Positions 17,558 to 26,975 of a stretch of 64,000 nucleotides of DNA are shown in pieces (within the stretch, counting starts at the first letter, position 1; every line of letters begins with the position of its first letter). Below the pieces are notes generated by a model. The model saw only the letters and a list, made by a program, of their open reading frames with translations, was not told the DNA's origin and did no database searches. The position numbers and the translations under genes are program-made. This stretch comes from Actinomycetota bacterium. Its GTDB lineage: Bacteria > Actinomycetota > UBA4738 > HRBIN12. The stretch spans positions 10,343-74,342 of the forward strand of contig DASTBT010000129.1 of assembly GCA_035711865.1 (NCBI GenBank), in the 5' to 3' direction.

Positions 17558-18943
17558 ATGCTCCTGCACGCGATCGCCGCGTCGGTGCGCGAGCGGCACG
17601 CCTCGGCCGAGACGCTGGTCGCCGAGTCGCTCGGGCGCATCGAACGCCTCGACGGACCGATCAACGCCGTGGTGCTCACTCGCGGGGACGGCGCGTTCGC
17701 CGATGCGGCGGCGATCGACGCACGTATCGAGGCTGGAGAGGACCCGGGGCCACTGGCCGGGCTGCCGCTGCTCGTGAAGGACAACGAGGACGCCGCCGGG
17801 CTGCGGACGACGTTCGGTTCGTTGCTCCGCGAACATGACCCGCCCGCCGAACGCGACTGTGAGATCGTCGGCCGACTCCGCGCGGCCGGGGCCATCGTCG
17901 TCGGGAAGACCAACCTGCCGGAGTTCGCGTTCGAGGGGTTCACGTCGAACCTGCTCTTCGGAGACACCCACGACCCGTGGGCGCTCGACTGGTCGCCGGG
18001 CGGCTCGAGCGGCGGCAGCGGCGCCGCGCTCGCGGCGGGCATGGCACCGCTCGCGACCGGAACCGACGGCGGGGGGTCGATCCGCATCCCGGCAGCCTTC
18101 TGCGGGCTCGTCGGGCTGAAGCCGACCGGCGGGCTGATCGGCCGCGATCCGCCACCGTCGTGGCTCGACTACTCGACGAAGGGACCCCTGACGACGTCGG
18201 TGGCCGACGCCGCCCTGCTGCTCGAGGTGATGCGTGGGCCCGTGCACGGTGATCCGACGGCGGTGCCGACGTGGACGCCGCGGCCGGAGGCGTGGCCGAC
18301 CCGCATCGTGGCCGCTCCCCGCATGGTCGACTACGGGCCGCTGCCGGCGGCGATCGCCGCGCTGTTCGAGGAGGCGTTGACCGCTCTCGGGGCCGCGTCC
18401 GGGCTCTCGATCGAGCGCGTGTCTGCGCCGTTCCCCCAGCAGATGGACGACGACTGGTTCACGACCGCCGCCGTGGACGAGCTCATGTGGATCGGACGTG
18501 AGGAGGTGGCCCGTCGGTCCGACGACCTGACGCCGTACCTCCGAAAGACATTGGAGATCGCGGCCACGATCACGCCCGACGAGTATCTGTCGGCTCGCCG
18601 GCGCCGCTTCACGTTCACCCGGATCCTGGACGATCTCCTCGGCAACGACACGGTGATGGTCTCGCCCACGATGTGCGTGGAGGGCTTCTTCCCCGACGGC
18701 CGCTCACCGGGGGATGACGTCGACGCCACCTCGTCGGCCGCCTACAACACCCAGGCCGCGAACATCACGGGGCACCCGGCGTTGTCGCTCCCGGCAGGGC
18801 GTTCCGCCAACGGCGTGCCCTTCGGGATCCAGGTCACCGGGCCTCGGTTCGCCGACGACCTCGTGCTCGCGGTGGGCCTCGCCTGGGAGGCCGCGCAGCC
18901 GTGGCCGCTCGTGGCGCCAGGCTTCACGCCGTTCGGTGACTGA
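17558..18943 (+). CDS. amidase (amidase-signature family)
   Basis: GGSSGGSGAALAAGMAPLATGTDGGGSIRIPAAFCG signature. The ORF track opens at TTG 17522. ATG 17558 (MLLHAIAASVRE...) fits the usual family N-terminus better. Start uncertain. Confidence 0.9.
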   Translation: MLLHAIAASVRERHASAETLVAESLGRIERLDGPINAVVLTRGDGAFADAAAIDARIEAGEDPGPLAGLPLLVKDNEDAAGLRTTFGSLLREHDPPAERDCEIVGRLRAAGAIVVGKTNLPEFAFEGFTSNLLFGDTHDPWALDWSPGGSSGGSGAALAAGMAPLATGTDGGGSIRIPAAFCGLVGLKPTGGLIGRDPPPSWLDYSTKGPLTTSVADAALLLEVMRGPVHGDPTAVPTWTPRPEAWPTRIVAAPRMVDYGPLPAAIAALFEEALTALGAASGLSIERVSAPFPQQMDDDWFTTAAVDELMWIGREEVARRSDDLTPYLRKTLEIAATITPDEYLSARRRRFTFTRILDDLLGNDTVMVSPTMCVEGFFPDGRSPGDDVDATSSAAYNTQAANITGHPALSLPAGRSANGVPFGIQVTGPRFADDLVLAVGLAWEAAQPWPLVAPGFTPFGD

Positions 18944-18979
18944 AGGCGACCTCGCCGGCGGCTCGTGGGCGACCTGCGA

Positions 18980-19774
18980 TCAACTCGTCAGGTCACGCCG
19001 GTCGAGTGCGAAGGCGGCGACCACATAGGAGACGCCGGCGATGCCACCGAGCACGAGGATGTTGGCCACGTGGAGGCCACCGGTGAGCACCTCCGGTTCC
19101 TGATACCAGCGGAACGGTGTGAACGGTCGCAACGGCGACAACCATTCGACCGTCGGTGCGACGGCGTTTACGATGAACGTCAGGACGGCGAGCCCGCCGG
19201 CGACGGCATTCGCCAGGGTGCGGCGGCCGGTGGCGGCCCCGATCGCGAACGCCACGCCGCCGAACGAGAGGCCCAGCAGCGCCAGCATCAGGCACGCGGC
19301 CATCACGTCGATGACGGCGACCGAGAGGCCGAACGGCGGACCCACGAGCGCGATCGTGGCGGCGGCAACGCCTGCGAGCACGACGACCCCGCCCACGGTC
19401 GCGAGCGCCTTCGTCGCCAGCACCTGCCGGCGGCGAACCGGGGTGGAGAGCAGGAGGTCGAGGGTGCCGGCTTCCTCTTCGCCGGCGATCGAGCGGGCGC
19501 CTGCGCCGATCGCGAACATGGCCATGATCAGCGGGCCGATCGTGTTGAAGAACTCGCCTTCGAGGTAGCCCGCCGGCGTGGTGTAGCCCCCGGCGCCGAC
19601 GATGTTCCGGATCGCCTCGGGCAAGGCGTCGATGTATGACTGCAGATCGGCGGCGCTCTCCTTGATGCTGGGATAGAAGGCCGCGTACAGGGCCACGGCG
19701 CCGGCCACGCCGATGCCCCACCCGACCAACGCTCGTCGCTCGTCGCGCACGGCTTTGGCGAGCAGCCCGCTCAT
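18980..19774 (-). CDS. ABC-2 type transporter permease
   Basis: ATG at 19774 inside ORF 18980..20371, ATGA overlap with the ATPase stop. Six hydrophobic helices. Motif EEEAGTLDLLLSTPV is typical of ABC-2 permeases. Confidence 0.8.
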   Translation of the reverse strand: MSGLLAKAVRDERRALVGWGIGVAGAVALYAAFYPSIKESAADLQSYIDALPEAIRNIVGAGGYTTPAGYLEGEFFNTIGPLIMAMFAIGAGARSIAGEEEAGTLDLLLSTPVRRRQVLATKALATVGGVVVLAGVAAATIALVGPPFGLSVAVIDVMAACLMLALLGLSFGGVAFAIGAATGRRTLANAVAGGLAVLTFIVNAVAPTVEWLSPLRPFTPFRWYQEPEVLTGGLHVANILVLGGIAGVSYVVAAFALDRRDLTS

Positions 19775-20697
19775 GGCGGTTCCTCGCGATCGGTCTCGGC
19801 CGGGGCTGTCCCATCGTTTCCGAAGAATCCGAGGAAGAGATCCTCGAGGCCCGGTTCGTGCGTCTCCACGTTCACGACCGTGAATCGCGCGGCGGTCTTG
19901 ATCACCGCGTCGAGGGGTCCTTCCACGGACAGCGAGAGCTCGTCGCCGTGCGCGTCGACCGCACGGACGCTCGGCAGGCCCTCGAACACCGCCGACGGGG
20001 CCGGACCGTCGAAATGCAGCTTCAGCCTCCGGAGCGCGTGAGCCTTCAGCTGACCCACGTCGGCCACCGTGACGATTCGTCCCTCCCGCACGATCGCGAC
20101 CCGGTCGCAGGTCCGCTCGACCTCGGGCATCACGTGCGACGAGAGGAAGAGGGTCGTCCCCCTCGCTCGTTCCTCGTCGACCAACGCGTAGAACGTCTGC
20201 TGCATCAGCGGGTCGAGTCCCTGGGTCGGCTCGTCGAGCACGAGCAGGTCGGGCCGGTGCATGAATGCCTGCACGAGTCCGATCTTCTGCTTGTTGCCGT
20301 GCGAGAGATCCTTGATCGGACGCGCGAGATCGAGCAGCAGCCGCTCCGCCAGCTCCTCGACGATCGGCCATGCGACCCCGCCCCGCAGTGATGCGAACGT
20401 GCGCAGGTACTCCTCACCCGAGAGGCGCGGGTAGAGGACGAGCTCGCCGGGCAGGTATCCGACCCGCGTGCGCACCCGGACGCCGTCGGCGCGAGGATCC
20501 AGGCCGAAGACACGCACCGTGCCCGAGGTCGGGCGGATGAAGTCGAGCATCGTTCGGATCGTGGTGGTCTTCCCTGCACCGTTCGGTCCGAGGAAGCCGA
20601 ACACCTGCCCCTGGGGAACCTCGAACGTGACCTCTTCGACCCCGCGGGACGCTCCGTAGTACTTCGTCAGCGCGACCGCCTCGACGATCGTGCTCAT
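19771..20697 (-). CDS. ABC transporter ATP-binding protein
   Basis: ATG at 20697 inside ORF 19771..21618. Walker A GPNGAGKTT, signature LSHGNKQK, Walker B LLVLDEP. Confidence 0.9.
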   Translation of the reverse strand: MSTIVEAVALTKYYGASRGVEEVTFEVPQGQVFGFLGPNGAGKTTTIRTMLDFIRPTSGTVRVFGLDPRADGVRVRTRVGYLPGELVLYPRLSGEEYLRTFASLRGGVAWPIVEELAERLLLDLARPIKDLSHGNKQKIGLVQAFMHRPDLLVLDEPTQGLDPLMQQTFYALVDEERARGTTLFLSSHVMPEVERTCDRVAIVREGRIVTVADVGQLKAHALRRLKLHFDGPAPSAVFEGLPSVRAVDAHGDELSLSVEGPLDAVIKTAARFTVVNVETHEPGLEDLFLGFFGNDGTAPAETDREEPP

Positions 20698-21545
20698 CAC
20701 GCTTCCCTTCGCGGTCGAAGGTAGACGAACCAGTAGACCAGGCCGACCAGTACGGCACCACCGACGATGTTCCCGATCGTGGCCGCGGCCAGGTTCGAGC
20801 CGAACCCGAGAACGTCGAGCCCTTCGACGGCCCCGCCACCAGGTAGATCTCGCTGGAGCAGCAGCCCGACGGGGATGAAGTACATGTTCGCGATCGAATG
20901 CTCGAACCCCGAGGCCACGAACGCGCTGATCGGGAAGACGATCGCGAAGACCTTGTCGACGATCGTGCGCCCGCCCGTCGCGAGCCAGACGGCCAGGCAG
21001 ACGAGCGCGTTCGCGAGCACGGCCCGCCACAGCACGGCCCAGAACGGGAGCGATGCTTTCGCTGCCGCGATCGACACGGCGGTCGCGCCCACCGCGCCCT
21101 CGTCCTGCGATCCCCAGTCGCCCAGCCAGACGAAGACGGCGATCGACAGCGCGCCCACGAAGTTCCCGATGTAGACGATCGTCCAGTTGCGCAGGAGGCC
21201 TGCGATCGGCACCTTCCCGCTCACCACGCTCATGACGATCAGGTTGTTGCCGGTGAACAGCTCGGCTCCGGCGACGACGACGAGGATCAGCCCCAGCGAG
21301 AAGCCGATGCCGGACAGCCAGCGGGTGACGCCGAAACCGAGCTGGGATCCGGTGCCGATCATCGTGGCGAGCACGGCTCCGAGCGCGATGAACGCGCCCG
21401 CGAGCACGCCGAGGACGAACGTCGTCACGAACGGCGCGTTCGCCTTGGCGACGCCGCGGGTCTCGACCAGGGCGGCGATCTCGGCGGGCGCGAACGCATC
21501 CATGCCCGACATCGGATGCGCGGGTGCGGTGGGTCGCGAGCTCAT
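20697..21545 (-). CDS. formate/nitrite transporter (FNT) family protein
   Basis: 282 aa. FNT pattern (GAELFTGNN, FEHSIANMYF). Its stop shares one nucleotide with the ABC ATPase start (TGATG). Confidence 0.9.
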   Translation of the reverse strand: MSSRPTAPAHPMSGMDAFAPAEIAALVETRGVAKANAPFVTTFVLGVLAGAFIALGAVLATMIGTGSQLGFGVTRWLSGIGFSLGLILVVVAGAELFTGNNLIVMSVVSGKVPIAGLLRNWTIVYIGNFVGALSIAVFVWLGDWGSQDEGAVGATAVSIAAAKASLPFWAVLWRAVLANALVCLAVWLATGGRTIVDKVFAIVFPISAFVASGFEHSIANMYFIPVGLLLQRDLPGGGAVEGLDVLGFGSNLAAATIGNIVGGAVLVGLVYWFVYLRPRREA

Positions 21546-21621
21546 GACCGCATCGTCCCCGTCCCCGCGAGGTGCGCGACCGGCCGCCCGGCCTGCAGCT
21601 CGCGGGTCGACCGGACACAGT

Positions 21622-21696
21622 TCGTGGCCGGCGCTACGGGCCGAGGTCGTGGCCGGCGCTACGGGTGGATGTCGTGGCCGGCGCTACGGGCCGAGG
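21622..21696. repeat. 3 x 25-bp tandem direct repeat (TCGTGGCCGGCGCTACGGG + 6 nt)
   Basis: Copies at 21622-21646, 21647-21671 and 21672-21696. Copies 1 and 3 are identical. Copy 2 differs only in its last 6 nt. Copy 3 contains the last codons and stop (CTA 21684-21686) of the upstream oxidoreductase gene. Confidence 0.9.
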
Positions 21697-23123
21697 TTGT
21701 ACCCCAGCCGACGCGGCAGCCTGGCCACGAAGTCCACGAACGGGTTGGGCTGCTCGCCGCGGTCCTCGACCTCGTCCTTGTGGCGGATCGCACGGTTCGC
21801 GATCAGCGCTCCCGGCGAACGGATCGGCTCGGGCGGGAACCGCATCGGGTCGGCGTCGACGATGGGCAGGTCGAGCACCTCGTCGTAGCGCCCCAGTGCC
21901 CGGTGCGCGAGGATGCGCCCGCCGAGGTGAGCCGGACCGACCCCGTTCCCGGTGTACCCGAGCCCGTGGTGCACCGTGCCGCCCTCGAGCGTGCCGAAGA
22001 ACGGCAGGTGCGAGCCCGAGACGTCGATCGGTCCGCCCCACCCCGCCTCGACGGGCACCTCGGCGAAGCCCGGGAACATGCGGTGCAGGTCGGCGATCGC
22101 CACTCGCAGCGAGGCCTCGTCGTAGGCGAACCGCGGCCCGATCGAGCGGGCGAGGTCTGGCTGCATGCCACCCACACCGAACGCGATCCGACCGTCGGGC
22201 GTCGTGCGAACGTAGTGCAGCGCCGCCCGATAGTCGCTCAGGCCCGCGCCGTTCGTCCAGCCGATCTCTTCGATGCGCTCCGGCGCCGCGGCGGTCAGCA
22301 CGATGTAGCTGCCGCGCACCGTGATCGCACGGCGGAAGCGTTTCCAGTGAGCGGCCCATGCGTTGAGCGCGATCACGGTCGCGCCCGAACGCACGGTGCC
22401 CGCAGGGGTCTCGGCCACGGAGGGCGAACCCGCCCCGAACCGCGTGACGGGTGTGTGTTCGTGCACCCGCACGCCCATCTCCATCACCACCCGGCGCAGG
22501 CCGAGCGCGAGGCGTGCCGGCTGCACGGTCGCGCCGTACCGGCCGGCGATCCCGCCCCGGAACACGGGGGAGTCGACGAGGTTCCGCACCCCCTCGCCCG
22601 AGAGCACCTCGAAGTCGTCGGCGATCCCGAGCCGTTCGGCGGCGATCACTAGGTCGCCCCACGCCCCGATCTGGGTCTCCGACGCCGCGATCCCGAGATC
22701 GCCGTCGGCACGGAACCACGCGTCGACGGCGTGCTCCTCGCAGAAGGCGCCGATCGCCTCGACGCTCGCCTCACCTGCTCGACACAGGCGGAGCGCGGCC
22801 GCGTCGCCGAGCTGCCGGGTGAGGTGCGGCAGCTCGTTCCAGAAGCTGCTCACGAAGCCACCGTTGCGCCCGCTCGGGCCGCCGCCGCAGATGTCCTGCT
22901 CGAGCACGATCACGTCGACCGCGGGATCGAGCCGCTTCAGCTGGTACGCCGTCCACAACCCCGTGTATCCGCCACCGAGGATGGCCACGTCGGCGGTGGT
23001 GTCGCCCTGCAGCGGCGGTGCGTTCTCGCCGGCGAACTCGGGTCGGGCGAGGGCCTCGCGGAGCCACCAGCTCCGCCCCTCGTCGGGCGGCACGGGCGTG
23101 ACGGAGGTTTCGGTCGCGCTCAT
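21684..23123 (-). CDS. FAD-dependent oxidoreductase (DAO family, PuuB-like)
   Basis: ATG at 23123 inside ORF 21684..23258 (MSATETSV...). ADVAILGGGYTGLWTA dinucleotide fold. Length and pattern resemble gamma-glutamylputrescine-type oxidases. Confidence 0.85.
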   Translation of the reverse strand: MSATETSVTPVPPDEGRSWWLREALARPEFAGENAPPLQGDTTADVAILGGGYTGLWTAYQLKRLDPAVDVIVLEQDICGGGPSGRNGGFVSSFWNELPHLTRQLGDAAALRLCRAGEASVEAIGAFCEEHAVDAWFRADGDLGIAASETQIGAWGDLVIAAERLGIADDFEVLSGEGVRNLVDSPVFRGGIAGRYGATVQPARLALGLRRVVMEMGVRVHEHTPVTRFGAGSPSVAETPAGTVRSGATVIALNAWAAHWKRFRRAITVRGSYIVLTAAAPERIEEIGWTNGAGLSDYRAALHYVRTTPDGRIAFGVGGMQPDLARSIGPRFAYDEASLRVAIADLHRMFPGFAEVPVEAGWGGPIDVSGSHLPFFGTLEGGTVHHGLGYTGNGVGPAHLGGRILAHRALGRYDEVLDLPIVDADPMRFPPEPIRSPGALIANRAIRHKDEVEDRGEQPNPFVDFVARLPRRLGYNLGP

Positions 23124-23283
23124 CGCGTTCCTCAGCGTATCGTCCGAACGAGCGCGCGGCGTCCCCGCCGGGCGGGCATCGGCCCGACAATGGGGGGCGG
23201 AACCGGACGATCGGTGTCCGTCGGGGGGTCGCCGCCGGTTGCTACGGTGATGGCCCACGTTTCCGTCTCAGGAAGGATCTCCG

Positions 23284-24960
23284 ATGGTCGGCGAGCGCCC
23301 CCGTAGTTGGGAGGTCACGGAAGGCCCGCAGCGGGCCCCCGCCCGAGCGATGTTGCGCGCCGTCGGCCTCAGCGAGGAAGACTTCTCCAAGCCGCAGGTC
23401 GCGGTCGCCTCGAGCTGGAACGAGGTCACGCCCTGCAACTACCACCTCGACAAGCTGGCGGCGCTCGCGAAGGAAGGCGTCCGCCAGGGCGACGCCGTGC
23501 CGATCGAGTTCACGACGATCGCCGTGAGCGACGGCATCGCGATGGGTCACGAGGGCATGAAGGCGTCGCTGATGAGCCGTGACCTGATCGCCGACTCGGT
23601 CGAGCTCGTGCTCCATGCCGAGCGCATGGACGCCCTCGTCGGCATCGCCGGCTGCGACAAGAGCGAGCCCGGCATGCTGATGGCGATGGCCCGCACGAAC
23701 CTGCCGAGCGTGTACCTCTACGGCGGCACGATCCTGCCCGGTACCCACCGCGGCCGTGACATCACGATCCAGGATGTCTTCGAGGCGGTCGGCTCCCACG
23801 CGAAGGGAACCATCGACGACGACGAGCTGCGTGACATCGAGCGGGCCGCATGCCCCACCACCGGATCGTGCGCCGGCATGTACACCGCCAACACGATGGC
23901 GGCGGTCGGCGAGGCGATCGGCATGTCGCTGCCGGGTTCGGCGTCGCCGCCGGCGGTCGATTACCGGCGAGAGGTTGCCGCTCGCGAGTCGGGCATACAC
24001 GCCGCGCAGCTCGTGGCCGAGGGCGGCCCGCTGCCGCGCGACATCCTGACCAAGGAAGCCTTCGAGAACGCGATCGCGGTCGTGATGGCGCTGGCGGGCT
24101 CGACGAACGCCGTGCTGCACCTGCTCGCGATCGCGCGCGAGGCCCACGTCGAGCTGCAGCTCGACGACTTCGACCGCGTCGCCCGCGACGTGCCACACCT
24201 CGTCGACGTGCGTCCCGCCGGACGCTTCGTGATGAGCGACATCGACCGCGTCGGCGGCGTGCAGGTCGTGATGCGCGAGCTGCTCGAAGCCGGCCTGCTG
24301 CACGGCGAGTGCCTGACCGTGACCGGGAAGTCGATCGCGGACAACCTCGCCGCGATGGAGGTCGCCGCGCCCGACGGCGAGGTCGTGCACCCGCCGAGCG
24401 ATCCGATCCACCCGTGGGGCGGGCTCGCGATCCTGCGAGGGAACATCGCTCCCGACGGCGCCGTGATCAAGGTCGCCGGCGCCGCCGCGACCTCGTTCGA
24501 GGGCACGGCGAGGTGCTTCGACTCCGAGCAGGCCGCGTTCGAGGCGGTCACCGGCGGCGCGATCGCTGTGGGCGACGTGATCGTGATCCGCTACGAGGGC
24601 CCCAAGGGCTCGCCCGGCATGCCCGAGATGCTCGCGGTCACGGCGGCCGTGGCGGGCGCCGGTCTCGGCAAGGACGTCGCGCTGATCACCGACGGACGCT
24701 TCAGCGGCGCGACGAAGGGCTTCAGCGTGGGCCACATCGCGCCGGAGGCGTTCGTGGGCGGGCCGATCGCCCTCGTGCGCGACGGCGACCGGGTCCGCAT
24801 CGACGCCGACGCCCGGGCGATCGAGGTGCTCGTCGACGACGCGGAGCTCGAACGCCGCCGGGGCGGATGGAAGCAACCCGACCCCAGGTACACACAGGGC
24901 GCGCTCGCGAAGTACGCGCGCGAGGTCGGCTCGGCCGATCACGGCGCCGTCACCTGGTAG
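23284..24960 (+). CDS. ilvD: dihydroxy-acid dehydratase
   Basis: 558 aa. [44 protein letters not shown] and [16 protein letters not shown] motifs. AGGAAGGA SD upstream. Confidence 0.95.
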   Translation: MVGERPRSWEVTEGPQRAPARAMLRAVGLSEEDFSKPQVAVASSWNEVTPCNYHLDKLAALAKEGVRQGDAVPIEFTTIAVSDGIAMGHEGMKASLMSRDLIADSVELVLHAERMDALVGIAGCDKSEPGMLMAMARTNLPSVYLYGGTILPGTHRGRDITIQDVFEAVGSHAKGTIDDDELRDIERAACPTTGSCAGMYTANTMAAVGEAIGMSLPGSASPPAVDYRREVAARESGIHAAQLVAEGGPLPRDILTKEAFENAIAVVMALAGSTNAVLHLLAIAREAHVELQLDDFDRVARDVPHLVDVRPAGRFVMSDIDRVGGVQVVMRELLEAGLLHGECLTVTGKSIADNLAAMEVAAPDGEVVHPPSDPIHPWGGLAILRGNIAPDGAVIKVAGAAATSFEGTARCFDSEQAAFEAVTGGAIAVGDVIVIRYEGPKGSPGMPEMLAVTAAVAGAGLGKDVALITDGRFSGATKGFSVGHIAPEAFVGGPIALVRDGDRVRIDADARAIEVLVDDAELERRRGGWKQPDPRYTQGALAKYAREVGSADHGAVTW

Positions 24961-25131
24961 TCAGGGCCGGGCACGGCCGTGGAGCCGGGGCGCTCGCTCC
25001 CGGGACCGTGTCAGGCTCATCCCCTCAGGCGTGACTCGACGTTCGACCGGCCGCGTAGCCGGTCGATGGCCGGGCCGGTCGATGGAAGGCCGCGTGTAGA
25101 CTGCCGCCCTCATGTGTGAGCGCACCCGAGC

Positions 25132-26409
25132 TTGCATCCCGACCGGCGCAGCGAGCTCCCGGCCGTGACCACTCACCCCCAGATCACGACGCCTGCCGCG
25201 TTGCAGTGCCGCATCTGCGGTCAGCAGTACTCGGTCGAGCCGCTCACGATCTGTGAGGAGTGTTTCGGTCCTCTCGAGCCCGCCTACGATCTCCAATCGA
25301 TCGACGGGGTCGACTTCCGCAAGCAAGCGGAAGCCGGACCGCAGACGCTCTGGCGATACGAATCGCTCCTGCCGGGCGGGCCGGGCATCGAGCGGGTCGA
25401 CCTCGGGGCCGGGTTCACGCCGTTCCGCAAGGCGGACAACCTGGCGTCCGCGCTCGGCCACGACGGCACGATCTGGGTGAAGGACGACTCGGTGAACCCG
25501 TCGAACTCCTTCAAGGACCGGGTCGTGAGCGTCGCGACCACGATGGCGCGCGCGTTCGGGTTCGAGGCGATCTCGTGCGCATCGACGGGGAACCTCGCGA
25601 ACGCGACGGCGGCGCACGCCGCGAAGGCCGGAATCCCGAGCTACGTCTTCGTGCCCGACGATCTCGAGCGCGCGAAGATCCTCGCGACCGAGGCCTACGG
25701 CGCCAAGGTCGTGGCGGTCAAGGGCAACTACGACGACGTGAACCGAATGTGCAGCGAGGTCGCCGACGCCCTGCCATGGGCGTTCGTCAACGTGAACATG
25801 CGCCCGTATTACGCCGAGGGTTCGAAGTCGCTCGGGTTCGAGACCGCCGAGCAGCTCGGCTGGCGGCTGCCCGACCACGTTGTGGTGCCGATCGCGTCGG
25901 GCGCGCTGCTCACGAAGCTCCACCGGGCCTTCGGCGAGCTGATCGCGATCGGCGCGGTCGAGGAGAAGCCGTACCGGGTCTCCGGCGCGCAGGCCGAGGG
26001 GTGCCGGCCGGTCGCGCAGGCGTTCCTCGACGGAGCCGACGACATCACGCCGGTCAAACCCGACACGATCGCGCGCTCGCTCGCGATCGGCGCGCCGGCC
26101 GACGGCTTCTTCGCCCTGAAGGTCGCGCGGCAGACCGGGGGCCACATCGAGTGGTGTACGGAGCAGGAGATCCGCGAGGGCATCACGTTGCTTGCGAGCA
26201 CCGAGGGCGTGTTCACCGAGACGGCCGGCGGCGTCACGATCGCGAACCTCAAGCGCATGGTCGAGCAGGGCATCGTGAGGCCCGGCGAAGAGATCGTCGC
26301 CTACGTGACCGGCAACGGCTACAAGACGATCGACGCGCTCGAGGGGTTCATCGAGCCGAGCTACCACGTGGCTCCCGACCTCGACGAGTTCCTCGCCGTG
26401 CTGGACTGA
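25132..26409 (+). CDS. thrC: threonine synthase (with N-terminal zinc ribbon)
   Basis: CRICG...CEEC ribbon, PLP-lysine motif NPSNSFKDRVVS, and full-length ThrC pattern. The track start is a TTG. A GTG about 30 nt downstream is also possible. Confidence 0.9.
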   Translation: MHPDRRSELPAVTTHPQITTPAALQCRICGQQYSVEPLTICEECFGPLEPAYDLQSIDGVDFRKQAEAGPQTLWRYESLLPGGPGIERVDLGAGFTPFRKADNLASALGHDGTIWVKDDSVNPSNSFKDRVVSVATTMARAFGFEAISCASTGNLANATAAHAAKAGIPSYVFVPDDLERAKILATEAYGAKVVAVKGNYDDVNRMCSEVADALPWAFVNVNMRPYYAEGSKSLGFETAEQLGWRLPDHVVVPIASGALLTKLHRAFGELIAIGAVEEKPYRVSGAQAEGCRPVAQAFLDGADDITPVKPDTIARSLAIGAPADGFFALKVARQTGGHIEWCTEQEIREGITLLASTEGVFTETAGGVTIANLKRMVEQGIVRPGEEIVAYVTGNGYKTIDALEGFIEPSYHVAPDLDEFLAVLD

Positions 26410-26413
26410 GATC

Positions 26414-26959
26414 GTGCACGACTACTGGCACGCGGTGGCCATGCTCCGGCTCGACCGGCCGCGAGGCCTCATCGAGCTCGAGACGTGCTTCGCCGGCGGC
26501 AAGGCGGCGGAGGGGTTGGTCGGATTCCGTCGGGGAAGGCTGCTCGCCACGACCTGGGGCTACGGGCTCGACGGTGCCTTCGAGGGTCTTGCTCGGCTGT
26601 GGCTGCCGTGGCAGGGCAAGGAGTTCTCTCGGTTGTCCGCCGAAGGCGTCAACCTGTTCACGCCTGGTGGGCGACGGGCGATCAGGGTCGCCTTCCCTCG
26701 GTACGCGGGGCTCGCCGACGGCGAGGAAGGCGCGTCGGGCTTCCGCTTCGCGACCAGCATCGGACCGAGCGTGACCGATCCCGGTCTCACGGTCCTCCGG
26801 CTCGACTACCGGAGCGTCGAGGAGAACCCGGCGACCGTGCGGCGTGCGCTCGACGAGCTCGTGCAGATCGATCACGGACTCTTCCTCGGGCAGGCCTTCT
26901 ACAAGCGCAGGGGTGGGCTCGGCAGGATCGCCTGGTTCGCACTGGAAGCCGACGGTTGA
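26414..26959 (+). CDS. GXWXG/DUF4334-like protein
   Basis: GTG start 5 nt after the thrC stop. WQGKEF and C-terminal LDELVQIDHGLFLGQAFYKRRG...WFALE resemble the GXWXG plus DUF4334 two-domain family. By-eye call. Confidence 0.55.
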   Translation: MHDYWHAVAMLRLDRPRGLIELETCFAGGKAAEGLVGFRRGRLLATTWGYGLDGAFEGLARLWLPWQGKEFSRLSAEGVNLFTPGGRRAIRVAFPRYAGLADGEEGASGFRFATSIGPSVTDPGLTVLRLDYRSVEENPATVRRALDELVQIDHGLFLGQAFYKRRGGLGRIAWFALEADG

Positions 26960-26975
26960 GCGAGCGGCGCCGGCG

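Noticed and set aside
21622-21696. Considered whether the 25-bp repeats are a small CRISPR array.
   Set aside because: The copies are directly adjacent with no spacers. There are only three copies and no cas genes in the window. One copy is part of a coding sequence.
24961-25131. Looked for a riboswitch, T-box or leader peptide upstream of thrC. Present are the hairpin GACCGGC..GCCGGTC (25045-25064), the direct repeat CCGGTCGATGG x2, and TAGACT at 25097-25102.
   Set aside because: No recognisable riboswitch core. The 17-codon ORF starting at 25112 has no Thr/Ile run. There is no acceptable -35 at 16-18 nt from the TAGACT. A similar isolated TAGACT at 49384-49389 also lacks a -35 partner.
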